Shown here: in pieces, positions 1-10,111 of the stretch
How positions within the stretch are numbered: position 1 is the stretch's first letter
Layout of the letters: every line of letters starts with the position of its first letter
Assembly (NCBI GenBank): GCA_965662845.1
Contig: CBFIJD010000001.1
Coordinates: forward strand, 1 to 60,001
Length of the DNA stretch: 60,001 nt
Direction of reading: 5' to 3'
Source: an uncultured bacterium
Lineage (GTDB): Bacteria; SAR324; NAC60-12
The notes under the pieces: generated by a model
Told to the model about the DNA's origin: nothing
What the model saw: the letters and a program-made list of their open reading frames with translations, nothing else
Database searches by the model: none
Made by a program: the position numbers and the translations under genes

Positions 1-62
1 CTGGATAGAGCAACTGACTTCTAATCAGTAGGTTCGGGGTTCGAGTCCCTGTGGGCGCGCCA
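1..62 (+). tRNA. tRNA-Arg(TCT), 5' end truncated by window edge
   Basis: D-arm remnant CTGGATAGAGC, anticodon arm ACTGA-cttctaa-TCAGT (TCT), T-loop GGTTCGAGTCC, ends in CCA at 60-62. Confidence 0.93.
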
Positions 63-505
63 GCAACCATGCGGGTTTGCGGGTTTACACAGCACTCACC
101 AAATCTTTAATGGTGGGACTGGTGGTGGAGAAAAATTTCTGAAAATCCCCCAAAATCACGCCTTTTTGCCTCCCTTCACTAGCCTCTCAAACAGCCAACA
201 CCGCGTCGTTTCAGCGCACTTCTCAGCCAGCTCTCTCTGACTGCGCTTGAAAACATGTCGAGCACACAAGTCACCAAAACGCGATGCGCTCAGGTGGTGT
301 CTCGCAGGTCACGATGAAGCGGCTTAGACACAAAACGGAAGGGATTGGGTGCAGAGTGACAGATCACGTCAGAAGTCGGCCAAGATCTTCAGGCAAGGAC
401 GGGAAGCCCGCGCACAGCGTGCCCGAATACATAGGCGGATTGGCTAGTATTTGAGGGGGATCGTCTAGTGGGCCGAGGAAACCGGCGTAAGGGCTGGATT
501 TTCTC

Positions 506-582
506 TGGTCGGGGTGACAGGGATCGAACCTGCGACCTCTTGTTCCCAAAACAAGCGCGCTACCAGACTGCGCTACACCCCG
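506..582 (-). tRNA. tRNA-Pro(TGG)
   Basis: Reverse complement CGGGGTGTAGCGCAGTCTGGTAGCGCG-CTTGT-ttTGGga-ACAAG...GGTTCGATCC...CACCCCGACCA; 77 nt with CCA. Confidence 0.96.
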
Positions 583-637
583 CACAGAAAAACGAATGAA
601 AATACGCTTCTTTTCAAGAAACGCAAGGTCTTTTTGT

Positions 638-1048
638 TTAGATGTCCGCCATTATGATGCCAAACTGATGTCGGATCATCCGGCGAATGTAACGGTCGTT
701 TTCTAGGCCGGCAAAACGGATCTCTGTGCGAATCTTCTCGCGAATGTAGCGCAGCTCTTGTTCTGTAGTGCTCAGCTCAATGTCCTGCTGCAAATTGCCG
801 TTCAGGAGGTTGTTCATCACATTCCGTCGCAGACGGTGCTTGACTTCCTGCAATTGATCCGGCGTGTAGCTGCTCAGCGTGGCCTCAATCTCCGACTGAT
901 TGAACCCCATCAACGAGAGCTTGACCCAACGCGAGAACAAGTTCACTGAATTTGCGGTTGTCTGGGCTCCAGCCCACCCGGCTCCCCACAGCGTAAAGCT
1001 CGCGAGGCTTGCCACCAAAAACTTGCGGATGTAACTTTTATGTCGCAT
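638..1048 (-). CDS. Hypothetical exported protein
   Basis: ORF. ATG at 1048 follows GGAG and gives a signal-peptide-like N-terminus (MRHKSYIRKFLVASLASFTLWGAGWAGA). No family recognised. Confidence 0.7.
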   Translation of the reverse strand: MRHKSYIRKFLVASLASFTLWGAGWAGAQTTANSVNLFSRWVKLSLMGFNQSEIEATLSSYTPDQLQEVKHRLRRNVMNNLLNGNLQQDIELSTTEQELRYIREKIRTEIRFAGLENDRYIRRMIRHQFGIIMADI

Positions 1049-1083
1049 ACCACTGCTCCGAAAAAAGGATTTGTTTGCTCCTA

Positions 1084-1110
1084 TCTTCGGCAAATCACCG
1101 CAAAACTTTA
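1084..1110 (-). promoter_or_regulatory. Putative sigma28 (FliA) promoter
   Basis: Minus strand reads TAAAGTTT-N11-GCCGAAGA versus consensus TAAAGTTT-N11-GCCGATAA; ends 35 nt upstream of the ATG at 1048. Confidence 0.6.
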
Positions 1111-1193
1111 GAAGTATTTTGCCGTGGAATGATCCTTGTTTTCCTCGTCACCCATGATTTGATCTTTCGTCACCCCTTTCCGAAGGATATTCC

Positions 1194-3848
1194 ATGCTTG
1201 CTAGCTTGCGTTCTCAGTTGGTTGCCGCGCTCTGCGGCGTAGGTTTTCTTGGAGTTCTGCTGACGAGTGCAATCGGCTACTTCAACTCTGCCAGCTCTCT
1301 CTCACGCTTAACCGACCAAAACTTGGCCGCGGTCCGTGACGAGAAGGCTCGCGAAATTGAGAGTATCTTCACCGCCATGCGAGGCCACATCACTTGGCTC
1401 GCGTCGAGCAAATTAGTGGGCGAAGCGATGCAAGACTTCAGCAGTGGCTTTCAACGTTTTGAACAAGAAGCCGGGCTCTCCGCAGCCGACGTCGACCAAC
1501 GGCTGAAGCGCTACTACGAAAGTCAATTTCTACGACGCTTGAACGCAAACCAAACCCGCAAAGAAGGCTATCGCCAATACTGGCCGTCGGAATCGAACTC
1601 TCGCTTGCTGCAAGACATTTATATTTCTTCCAACCCCAACCCGCTCGGCTCTAAAGATCGGCTCCGTTACGCGGGCAATGGAACGGCCTATGACAACACC
1701 CATCGCGATTATCATGGGACATTTCAACAATATCTTGCGCAGCACGGCTACTACGACCTCTTTCTGATCGATATGGCGGGCTACGTCGTTTACTCGGTCT
1801 TCAAAGAGGTAGACTTCGCCACTTCTCTGGCGCGCGGTCCCTATCGCAACAGTAACCTCGCCGAGGCGTTCCGCCTGGCAAAAGGCTCGGCAGGGGGACA
1901 GGCCCGCACTGTGGACTACGCCCCTTACGCGCCTTCGTATTTGGCACAAGCGGGCTTCATGGCAGCCCCCGTCGTTGTCAATGGGCAAACGATTGGGGTG
2001 GTTGCGCTACAAATCTCTGAGGATCGTTTGAACAGCGTCACCTCAGGCAATGGAAGCTGGCAAGGGCTCGGTCGCACGGGCGACATCTTCGTTTTGAACC
2101 AAGAAGGCTTCATGCGCACAGTCCCTCGCTCTTATGACGACAAAGAAGGCTACATCGCCTTCGCTCGCAACTTTGGCTACACCGACGAACAAATCCTGCG
2201 CCTGCAAAACCTCAGTCCAGTGGGAATCTCGCAAGTGCAGTCTGTCGCCGCCAACGCTGCCATCAACGGAGAAACGTCGATCATTCATTTTGAAAACGAC
2301 CTCGGGATGCACGCGATTGGCGCCGTGCGTCCTCTCCGCATTGACGACTTGAACTGGGCGCTCGTGTTAGAGATGTCAGAGGATGAAGTCGGCGCCATCA
2401 CGGATAACTTGCTCTTGCAGTTGGTGTTGGTGGCCCTCGTGCTGCTCATCTCTATTGTGGTCTACGCCCTCTGGTATGCGCGCTCGCTCACCGCTCCGAT
2501 CATCACGCTTCAAGCCGGCGCTGAACGACTCGCGCTCGGCAGCACTGACGTTGACATTCACATCGAGCGCAATGATGAGCTGGGTCAGCTTTCCGACTCC
2601 TTCCGACACATGATCAAAGAGTTGCGCCACAAGGTACAGAGCATTGAGCGGGTCTCCCAAGGCAACCTCGCCGAAGTCATCCAAGTCTCCTCCGATCAAG
2701 ACGTCCTCGGTCTTGCACAGCAGCGGATGGTGGCCTCTCTAAACAACCAGCTCCGCCAAGTCTCAGAGACTTCCCAAACCCTCTCCCAAAAAGCCCAAGA
2801 GTTCTCCAACTCCAGCACCCAAATTTCTCAAGGAGCCTCCCAACAAGCCGCAGCGCTGGAGGAGATTTCTGCTTCTATGGAAGACATTGGCAAACAAATT
2901 CGACAAAACGCGGAAGGAGCCGAGCAGGCCAATCAACTCGTAGACAGCAACCGAGTGAAGGCCGATGAGAGTAATCAGCAGATGCAGGACATGCTCTCGG
3001 CAATGGATGAAATCCAAACCGCTTCCAAAAACATCTCCGCCATCATTAAGACCATTGAAGAGATCGCGTTCCAAACCAATGTCCTCGCCATCAACGCAGC
3101 GGTCGAAGCGGCGCGAGCCGGAGCTCACGGCAAAGGGTTCGCTGTCGTCGCCGAGGAAGTGCGCTCCTTGGCTCAAAATAGCGCCAACGCTGCCCGCCAG
3201 ACGACCGATTTGATCAAGGACACCGCTCAAAAAATTGAGGTCGGCTCCCAGCTCGCCAATGAAACCGCAGCCTCTCTCCAAGAGATTGTCGCCGGCACCG
3301 CGAAAGTGAACGTGCTCATCAATGAGATCTCCGAAGCGAGCAACAATCAGTCACGCGGCGTGCAAGAGATCACGGCGGGCTTGAACCAACTCAATGATGT
3401 CACCCAAGCCAACTCGGGCACCGCAAACCTAACCGCGAATTTGGGCGCTGAACTGAGCGAGCAAGCAGAGCGCCTGCGACGCGTTGTCGAGACTTTCACT
3501 CTGGAGAACCAGTCACTCGGAGCAGGGAACATGCTGCTCCCTCCGGAGGCGCCCGTCTCTAGCGCGCTCCCTGCCTCCCCTGTTCCGGCCGCGCCCCCAC
3601 GCTTCAGCGCTCCGCCCAAAGTCGACTTTCCAGCGACAACTCCTCACAAATCGCCATTCGTCGCAGCCTCTCAACAGAAAGTCACGCCTCCAGCACCGCG
3701 AATTGACTTGCCTCCGCCCGAGGAGACACCTCCACAACCAGCACCCACACCGCGCCCAACGGCTCCCAAACCAGCGGCCCCTTCCGCCGCTTCTTCACCA
3801 GGCCAAGAGCTGATCAACTTTGATATTGAAGACACAGGGAATTTCTAA
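1194..3848 (+). CDS. Transmembrane methyl-accepting chemotaxis protein (Cache-type sensor, HAMP, MA domain, Pro-rich tail)
   Basis: Two TM helices flanking a large periplasmic domain; HAMP (RNDELGQL); IAFQTNVLAINAAVEAARAGAHGKGFAVVAEEVR hairpin; C-terminal ...DIEDTGNF. Confidence 0.95.
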   Translation: MLASLRSQLVAALCGVGFLGVLLTSAIGYFNSASSLSRLTDQNLAAVRDEKAREIESIFTAMRGHITWLASSKLVGEAMQDFSSGFQRFEQEAGLSAADVDQRLKRYYESQFLRRLNANQTRKEGYRQYWPSESNSRLLQDIYISSNPNPLGSKDRLRYAGNGTAYDNTHRDYHGTFQQYLAQHGYYDLFLIDMAGYVVYSVFKEVDFATSLARGPYRNSNLAEAFRLAKGSAGGQARTVDYAPYAPSYLAQAGFMAAPVVVNGQTIGVVALQISEDRLNSVTSGNGSWQGLGRTGDIFVLNQEGFMRTVPRSYDDKEGYIAFARNFGYTDEQILRLQNLSPVGISQVQSVAANAAINGETSIIHFENDLGMHAIGAVRPLRIDDLNWALVLEMSEDEVGAITDNLLLQLVLVALVLLISIVVYALWYARSLTAPIITLQAGAERLALGSTDVDIHIERNDELGQLSDSFRHMIKELRHKVQSIERVSQGNLAEVIQVSSDQDVLGLAQQRMVASLNNQLRQVSETSQTLSQKAQEFSNSSTQISQGASQQAAALEEISASMEDIGKQIRQNAEGAEQANQLVDSNRVKADESNQQMQDMLSAMDEIQTASKNISAIIKTIEEIAFQTNVLAINAAVEAARAGAHGKGFAVVAEEVRSLAQNSANAARQTTDLIKDTAQKIEVGSQLANETAASLQEIVAGTAKVNVLINEISEASNNQSRGVQEITAGLNQLNDVTQANSGTANLTANLGAELSEQAERLRRVVETFTLENQSLGAGNMLLPPEAPVSSALPASPVPAAPPRFSAPPKVDFPATTPHKSPFVAASQQKVTPPAPRIDLPPPEETPPQPAPTPRPTAPKPAAPSAASSPGQELINFDIEDTGNF

Positions 3849-4291
3849 TGCATCGTTCGCTTCTCGCGCTGCTGATCGTGCTCCTGCTCAAAGCGGGGGC
3901 AGCCTCGGCTTTGCCTCTCAAGGCTCCCATCTACAACGCCAACGACGAAGAGCTAGGGACAGCGCTGCTCTACATTGACTATGTGGAGATCTTGGATTTG
4001 GCTCAGGAACCAATGGGGAAGGTCGCCTTTGTGTTGCGGGAAGGGTCGCATGAGATCTTGCTGGTGAGAGACGACGCGCAGAAGACGCTGGGAGGACGCG
4101 CCGCGAATAAGCGGCTTTACAATATGGAGGGGCAGCTCGTCGCGTTTTATGACTGGTCTTCGTTTTGGGTCTATGTCTATGCGCGGGATGGCAAGCCTTT
4201 GGGGAAAGCTAAATGTATCGCATTTCGCGGGGTTTGTGCTGCGGGCGTGGCCGGCTATCTTACAGGGCTGCTCGGCACACCTTCGTCCTGA
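3848..4291 (+). CDS. Hypothetical exported protein
   Basis: TAATG overlap with the MCP stop codon; signal-peptide-like N-terminus. Confidence 0.65.
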   Translation: MHRSLLALLIVLLLKAGAASALPLKAPIYNANDEELGTALLYIDYVEILDLAQEPMGKVAFVLREGSHEILLVRDDAQKTLGGRAANKRLYNMEGQLVAFYDWSSFWVYVYARDGKPLGKAKCIAFRGVCAAGVAGYLTGLLGTPSS

Positions 4292-4764
4292 AACTCGCCC
4301 TCTTGCCCGTCTTCGCTCTGCGGCTCAAATTGATGTAACCAGTCCTGCAAACTGACAGTTACATCTGGAGCACACACTCCCTCCAGCACTTCAATGCCAG
4401 CTTCTCTCAAGATCTGGACTCCGGCCCCGTTCACGCGCGGGTGTGGATCACGGACGCCGATCACCACTCTTGGAATCCCCGCGTCTCGAATGGTAAGGGC
4501 GCAAGCGGGAGTTCGCCCCACAAAAGCGCAGGGCTCCAATGTGCAATAGAGCGTCACTCTCTCCAGATCGATCCCCTGTACTCTCGCTTGGCGGATCGCA
4601 TGAGCTTCGGCATGATCGCCCCCTGGTGGATGAGTCCACCCCCGCACTAAAGCTTGATCTTCAGCGACCAGCACACAGCCTACCGCTGGGTTATCTCCTG
4701 TCTTTCCCTGAGCTTGCTCCGCAGCTTTGATCGCCTCGCGCATCCAGTGCTCATGAGGTTTCAT
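4255..4764 (-). CDS. RibD-type pyrimidine deaminase domain protein (no reductase domain)
   Basis: NPAVGCV, HAE and TLEPC...TPAC zinc-deaminase motifs, [10 protein letters not shown]; start taken at MKPHEHW. Confidence 0.85.
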   Translation of the reverse strand: MKPHEHWMREAIKAAEQAQGKTGDNPAVGCVLVAEDQALVRGWTHPPGGDHAEAHAIRQARVQGIDLERVTLYCTLEPCAFVGRTPACALTIRDAGIPRVVIGVRDPHPRVNGAGVQILREAGIEVLEGVCAPDVTVSLQDWLHQFEPQSEDGQEGEFQDEGVPSSPVR

Positions 4765-5695
4765 GCGCCAAATATTCGGTTTGATACCATTGATAAACCT
4801 GCTCAATGCCGGCTTTCAGGGAGACCTTGGCTTCCCATCCCAAGTCGCGCAATCGGCTCACATCCAGCACCTTGCGGGGAGTGCCATCCGGTTTTGTCGT
4901 GTCAAAACGCAGCTCACCTTGATAGCCAACCACTTCTTGGATCGTCTCGGCGAGTTCGCGAATGGTCACATCTTCTCCTCTGCCCACATTGATTGGCTCG
5001 CTTCCTTCGTAAGCTTCCATCAGGAAGAGGCACGCTTCGGCTAGCTCATCGGCCAACAAGAACTCACGACGGGGCGTTCCAGTTCCCCAGACTACAACCT
5101 CTGGGCTCGCAGCCTCCTTGGCTTCGTGAAAGCGACGCAGTAACGCCGGCAAGACGTGCGAATTTTGCGGATGAAAGTTGTCGTGGATTCCATACAAATT
5201 GGTGGGCATCGCTGAGATAAACCGCGCTCCGTACTGACGCTGGAAGCTTCGGCACATTTCGATCCCTGCAATCTTCGCAATCGCATACGGAGAGTTGGTC
5301 TCTTCTAGTGGCCCCGTCAACAAAGATTCTTCTTTAATGGGCTGCGGGCAATGTTTGGGATAGATGCAAGAGCTTCCCAAGAACAACAGCTTCTCTACCT
5401 TGTGTTGCCACGCAGCGTGCAAAAGATTGTTCTGAACTTGCAAATTTTCGTAAATAAAATCTGCCGGATACGCATTGTTCGCGTGAATGCCTCCCACCTT
5501 CGCCGCCGCAACGAACACATACTGCGGTCGCTCCTCCTCAAACAAGGCGTGCACGGCGTCGGCGTTCAACAGATTCAACTCTTGGCGAGTGCGCAACAGC
5601 AAGTTGTGGAATCCGCTAGTCTGTAAAGCTCGGGTCAGCGCTGAACCAACGAGACCTCTATGGCCCGCCACATAAATTCGACTATCTAGTTGCAT
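4751..5695 (-). CDS. fcl: GDP-L-fucose synthase
   Basis: [53 protein letters not shown] motifs. Confidence 0.95.
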   Translation of the reverse strand: MQLDSRIYVAGHRGLVGSALTRALQTSGFHNLLLRTRQELNLLNADAVHALFEEERPQYVFVAAAKVGGIHANNAYPADFIYENLQVQNNLLHAAWQHKVEKLLFLGSSCIYPKHCPQPIKEESLLTGPLEETNSPYAIAKIAGIEMCRSFQRQYGARFISAMPTNLYGIHDNFHPQNSHVLPALLRRFHEAKEAASPEVVVWGTGTPRREFLLADELAEACLFLMEAYEGSEPINVGRGEDVTIRELAETIQEVVGYQGELRFDTTKPDGTPRKVLDVSRLRDLGWEAKVSLKAGIEQVYQWYQTEYLAHETS

Positions 5696-5934
5696 AGGAG
5701 AAACGTATTGAGGTGAGGGTAGCGAGTGCAACAGAGGCGATGGTCTCTGTGCTTCCAGCACAAGAATTTTGGTAACTCAAATTACCTTTTTTATTTAGCT
5801 AAAAAAAATAATCAAAAAGATGCTTCTTTCTTGAAATTTGTTTGAAGATCGTTAAGGTAGTCGAGGTCTCAGGGTGACACGAGAGTTACAGGCCACTGGT
5901 GTTGATCAGGTAACTCTGCTGACAGGATGTCGGG

Positions 5935-7038
5935 TCAGAGGCTAGATGCCCCCTGAGGCTCTTTCTCTGCGGAAGAGTTGTTCTCTGCTTCTGGTTGTAA
6001 CTGTAACCCCATCATTCTTGCCCGTTTCTCCCACAAACGTCTTGCGAGCGCTTGCATGTCATCGCTCTTGTCATCTTCATCGACAATCTCCAGCCCCAGC
6101 AACGTCTCCACTACATCTTCCATCGTCAAGACGCCAACCATCGTGCCGTAGTCATCATCTACGACTAGGGCGAGCTGTTCGCGACGACTGACCAGCAAAT
6201 CAAAGACTTCCGCGAGCGTCGCGTTGTAGCGAGTCGCTAACACATCCCGCCGCAAGTCGACCAGCTTCGTATTTTGCTGATCGTGAGCTTGGGCCATCAG
6301 AATGTCGTTTTTCAGCACATATCCGCTGACTTGGTCAGGGTGTTTCTGATAGATCGGGATTCTTGAGAACGGATTTTGCGGGTGCAGCACAAAGTATTCG
6401 TCCACGGTGAGATTTTCTTCCAGAGAAAAGACGACCGTCCGGGGCGTCATGATGTCCTCAGCGATCGAAGTCCGAAAGCGGAAGAGATTTTTGAGAATGC
6501 GCGACTCGCTCTCTTCTAGCTGTCCTTCCTTTGTGCCCAAGTCGGCCATCGAAGCAAACTCTTCTCGGCTAAAGCCCGTCAGCTCACTGTGCTGCATGCC
6601 CCGCGTCAGGAACTCGGCGAGCCACACAAAAGGGTACAAAATATACACTAGATACTTCAGGAAATATCCGACGGCAGGCGCAAGCGATCTCCAGTATGCC
6701 GCCCCGATGGTCTTAGGGATGATTTCAGAGAAAACCAGAATGAGGAGCGTCAAAATCGCAGAGGCGATCCCTAACGATTCATCTCCGAAGACAAAAGCAG
6801 CTTGAGCCCCAGCCCCCGCGGCGCCTACGGTGTGCGCAATCGTGTTGAGCGTCAAAATCGCGGTGAGTGGGCGGTTGACGTCGTTTTTGAGCTTGTGTAG
6901 CAGATTTCCAACTCGGCTGCCTTTCTCTTGTAATAACGCAACGTAAGCTGGGGTCACGCTTAACAAAACGGCCTCGGCAATCGAGCAAATAAACGAAAAA
7001 CCGAGAGCCAACACAACATACAGAATCAGCAGAAACAT
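5935..7038 (-). CDS. CNNM/DUF21 plus CBS-pair membrane protein (CorB/TlyC-like)
   Basis: SFICSIAEA, ILTLNTIAHTVGA, SEIIPK, IMTPR, FSRIPIY, GVLTMEDVVE. Confidence 0.9.
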   Translation of the reverse strand: MFLLILYVVLALGFSFICSIAEAVLLSVTPAYVALLQEKGSRVGNLLHKLKNDVNRPLTAILTLNTIAHTVGAAGAGAQAAFVFGDESLGIASAILTLLILVFSEIIPKTIGAAYWRSLAPAVGYFLKYLVYILYPFVWLAEFLTRGMQHSELTGFSREEFASMADLGTKEGQLEESESRILKNLFRFRTSIAEDIMTPRTVVFSLEENLTVDEYFVLHPQNPFSRIPIYQKHPDQVSGYVLKNDILMAQAHDQQNTKLVDLRRDVLATRYNATLAEVFDLLVSRREQLALVVDDDYGTMVGVLTMEDVVETLLGLEIVDEDDKSDDMQALARRLWEKRARMMGLQLQPEAENNSSAEKEPQGASSL

Positions 7039-7181
7039 AAGGATCTGAAAAAGAGTCGGTAATCACAGCGACGGGAAGCCCCACGCTGCACCAAAACGCA
7101 ATTCATTTGGATCTCAAGGCGGAAAAGGCAGGAGGAAAAGAATAGCAATCAAAGAGTAGGCGTGATATTTACCGCTCCCTT

Positions 7182-7558
7182 CGGAGTCCGATACATGATC
7201 GCTGGTGATGCAGGTAGCTCTCATGCAACCTGTAGCGCGAGAGGAAAGTCCGGGCAGCACAGGGCAGGGTGCTGGCTAACGGCCAGGCGGCGCGAGCCGA
7301 TGGAAAGTGCCACAGAAAATACACCGCCGATGGTCGTCATTGACACAGGTAAGGGTGAAAAGGTGAGGTAAGAGCTTACCGCAAGGCTGGTGACAGACTT
7401 GGCAGGGTAAACCCCATCCGCTGCAAGTCCAAGTAGGATCGTGTTCAGACGGCCCGTCTGGCGATCGGGTAGGACGCTAGAGGTGGTTGGTAACGGCCAT
7501 CGTAGATAAATGATCATGACTCCACCGGAGCACAGAACCCGGCTTATTTCGGACTCCG
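7182..7558 (+). ncRNA. rnpB: RNase P RNA, bacterial type A
   Basis: GAGGAAAGTCCGGGC, GGAAAGTGCCACAGAAA and ACAGAACCCGGCTTA conserved blocks; terminal helix CGGAGTCCGA/TCGGACTCCG. Confidence 0.97.
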
Positions 7559-7561
7559 ACA

Positions 7562-8479
7562 TCATGAGGGGGTTACTTTTTGTTGTTGTAGGATGTTCTC
7601 CAACAGGCGCTTCAGATCCTCACCAATCTCCGCCTCTGGAAATTGCGTCATCAGTGGTTTGCGCTGCAACACTGACTTGCGGACCGCGTCGTGATTGTGA
7701 AGATAGCCTCGATACTCAATATAGATCCCAAAATATTTTAAGCAGGCATTCTCCATCGCAGTCCCCACCCGAATATCATTCGCGGTCCTCACTTGGTTGA
7801 GCACCAGCTGTGGTTTGTATCGCTCTACCAGTTGATTCGCGAAGGTCTCCACCTCTTCTCCCATCGCTCTTAGCTGAACCAGCAGCTCTCGCGGCGTCCG
7901 AATCCCATATTGATTGTTGCGATCCATTGCTTCTTCCACAAACGCTTTCAGCTTGGGAGTCGGACTGTACATCCGAATCAAGCGATAGAAGGAACTTTTG
8001 ATGAAGCGATACGCGTTCTCAATCGAGGTCGGCTCTGGAACCGCCACGAGCAGCTGGGTATCGGCCGCTAGAAAGAAGTCTAGCGTATTGAAAGAAGTCC
8101 CCGCCCCCAAATCCATCAAAATGTAATCAGCGTCTAAGTTTTTCAGCTCGCGCAGCAGACGCATCTTTTGCGCATACTTGGGGTTCGCCACGTTCAAACT
8201 GTCCTGCGCGCCGCTCAGGAGATATAAGTTCTCTACTTCGGTCGACGTCAGCGCCTCACTCAACGTTTCATAGCGGCGATGCAAGAAGTCCGACACGCTG
8301 CGATCCAAATCCGTCACCCCTAAGCAAGTGTGAAGATTTGCACCTCCCAAGTCCAAGTCGATCAGCACAACTCGCTTCCCCTGCTCAGCTAAGAGCACGC
8401 CGATGTTGGTCGTCAGAAAACTCTTGCCCACACCGCCTTTGCCGCCTCCGACAGCCCAGATTTTCGTCTGTTGGTTCAT
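7562..8479 (-). CDS. MinD/FlhG(FleN)-family ATPase
   Basis: Deviant Walker A GGKGGVGKS, DLDLGGANLH, DLGAGTSFNTLDFF, PEPTSIENAY. Confidence 0.85.
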   Translation of the reverse strand: MNQQTKIWAVGGGKGGVGKSFLTTNIGVLLAEQGKRVVLIDLDLGGANLHTCLGVTDLDRSVSDFLHRRYETLSEALTSTEVENLYLLSGAQDSLNVANPKYAQKMRLLRELKNLDADYILMDLGAGTSFNTLDFFLAADTQLLVAVPEPTSIENAYRFIKSSFYRLIRMYSPTPKLKAFVEEAMDRNNQYGIRTPRELLVQLRAMGEEVETFANQLVERYKPQLVLNQVRTANDIRVGTAMENACLKYFGIYIEYRGYLHNHDAVRKSVLQRKPLMTQFPEAEIGEDLKRLLENILQQQKVTPS

Positions 8480-8587
8480 GGATTCCGTGTCGTTCGTCAA
8501 AGGAAAAGCATTATCGCTTGGAAATGGTGGCACAATGTAGCACAGCACCAAGAATCTGAAAGGGGGAAAATGAAGGGATTTTCTGGC

Positions 8588-9064
8588 TCAAAACTCCAAG
8601 ATGTGTCGCAACGCATCATAAACTACGATCGAAGCCGCAGATGCCAAATTCAAGCTCCGCACTTTTGGCTCCCACATCGGAATCGTAAAACTCCGCTCTG
8701 GGTGATTTTGCCAAGTCCACTTTGGCAGCCCAGCCGTCTCTTTCCCAAAGAAGATGTAATCTCCCTGTTGCGCGTTCATCTGATTGTAGTGAGTGGTCGC
8801 GTGCGTCGAGAGAAAATGGCAGTCGCGCAGCGCAAGCTGTCGAAACCACTCTTCCCAGTCGGGGATGTGCTCCCAGCTCACCCACTCCCAATAGTCGAGT
8901 CCGGCTCGTCGCAGCGTTCGGTCGGACAGCTCAAACCCCAGCTCTCCGGCTAAAATCAAATGACAGCGTGTCGCAGCGCAGAGACGCGCAATGTTCCCTG
9001 TGTTAGGAGGGATTTGCGGTTCTACCAACACCACGTTGAGCGGAGGGTTCTCAAACTGCCTCAT
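8588..9064 (-). CDS. trmL: tRNA (cytidine/uridine-34-2'-O)-methyltransferase
   Basis: PQIPPNTGNIARLC, RRAGLDYW, FGKETAGL, RSLNLA SPOUT motifs. Confidence 0.95.
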   Translation of the reverse strand: MRQFENPPLNVVLVEPQIPPNTGNIARLCAATRCHLILAGELGFELSDRTLRRAGLDYWEWVSWEHIPDWEEWFRQLALRDCHFLSTHATTHYNQMNAQQGDYIFFGKETAGLPKWTWQNHPERSFTIPMWEPKVRSLNLASAASIVVYDALRHILEF

Positions 9065-10111
9065 CTATCGCCTTCGCTCCACTGCCAACTGTAGCAATTG
9101 GTGCAACAGCTCCGAGTATTCCAAACCCGAGGCTTCCCACAACTTGGGATACATGCTGATGCTCGTAAACCCAGGCAAAGTGTTGATCTCGTTCAAAAAA
9201 ATCTGGTGATCTTCTGTCAAAAAGAAGTCCACGCGCGCCATCCCCAAGCACTCTGTCACCTGATACGCCTTGACAGCATACTCCCGAATCTGTTCGCGCA
9301 CCGCCTCGGGCATCTCCGCAGGAATTTTGAGGGCGGCGCCCTCTGCGTCCACATACTTCGCTTCGTATGAATAAAAGTCGTGACGCGGGATGATCTCTCC
9401 CACGGCGCTTGAGGCGCTGGGCGCTGCGTTGCCCAAGACAGCAACCTCGATCTCTCGCCCGACAATCGCGGTTTCCAGCAAGACTTTGCGGTCTAAACCA
9501 AACCCCGCTTCCAACGCCGCGTGATACTCTGCTTCTGTTCGGACTTTTGCCACTCCTAGCGAGGAGCCTTCTCGAGCTGGCTTCACAAACAAGGGCAATC
9601 CCAGCCGATCACTCGCTTCCGCAAAGCTGAGTTGACTCTGCTGACGTAAGGTCACACTCGGAACCACAGGAATCTCAGCGTGGGCTAAGAGCCGCTTTGT
9701 GACATCTTTGTCCATGCAAATCGCCGCGCCCCACACGTCACATCCCACGAAAGGCACCTGTAACCAGCGCAGGTAACCTTGCAAGGTCCCATCTTCGCCA
9801 TACGCGCCATGAGTGATCGGGAAAAAGACTTCGAATGATTGCTCGTGGCCTCGCATGTCGCGAAGCAGCCCGCCAGGGTGCGGATGTAAGGTAACACTCT
9901 CAGAGTGTAAGCGCACGGTGCGCACGTCATCCGTCTCGCAGAGCAGGTCTCCTTCAGGACGCCAGCACCACGTGCCGTCTTTGCGAACCCCAATCAGGGT
10001 CACCTCATACCAAGCTCGCGGAATCGCCTGTAAGATGTTGTGAGCCGAGATCAACGAGACTTGGTGCTCTCCGCTCAGTCCTCCACACAATAGCCCGACC
10101 CGCGTTTTCAT
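9065..10111 (-). CDS. ddl: D-alanine--D-alanine ligase
   Basis: GGLSGEHQVSL, HGAYGEDG, KPAREGSSLG, YSYEAKY, NEINTLPGFT. Confidence 0.96.
   Translation of the reverse strand: MKTRVGLLCGGLSGEHQVSLISAHNILQAIPRAWYEVTLIGVRKDGTWCWRPEGDLLCETDDVRTVRLHSESVTLHPHPGGLLRDMRGHEQSFEVFFPITHGAYGEDGTLQGYLRWLQVPFVGCDVWGAAICMDKDVTKRLLAHAEIPVVPSVTLRQQSQLSFAEASDRLGLPLFVKPAREGSSLGVAKVRTEAEYHAALEAGFGLDRKVLLETAIVGREIEVAVLGNAAPSASSAVGEIIPRHDFYSYEAKYVDAEGAALKIPAEMPEAVREQIREYAVKAYQVTECLGMARVDFFLTEDHQIFLNEINTLPGFTSISMYPKLWEASGLEYSELLHQLLQLAVERRR

Noticed and set aside
364..585. 73-aa ORF
   Set aside because: Overlaps tRNA-Pro; it is a translation of tRNA sequence.
7162..7565. ORFs 7162-7371 (+) and 7221-7565 (-)
   Set aside because: Both lie within the RNase P RNA gene.
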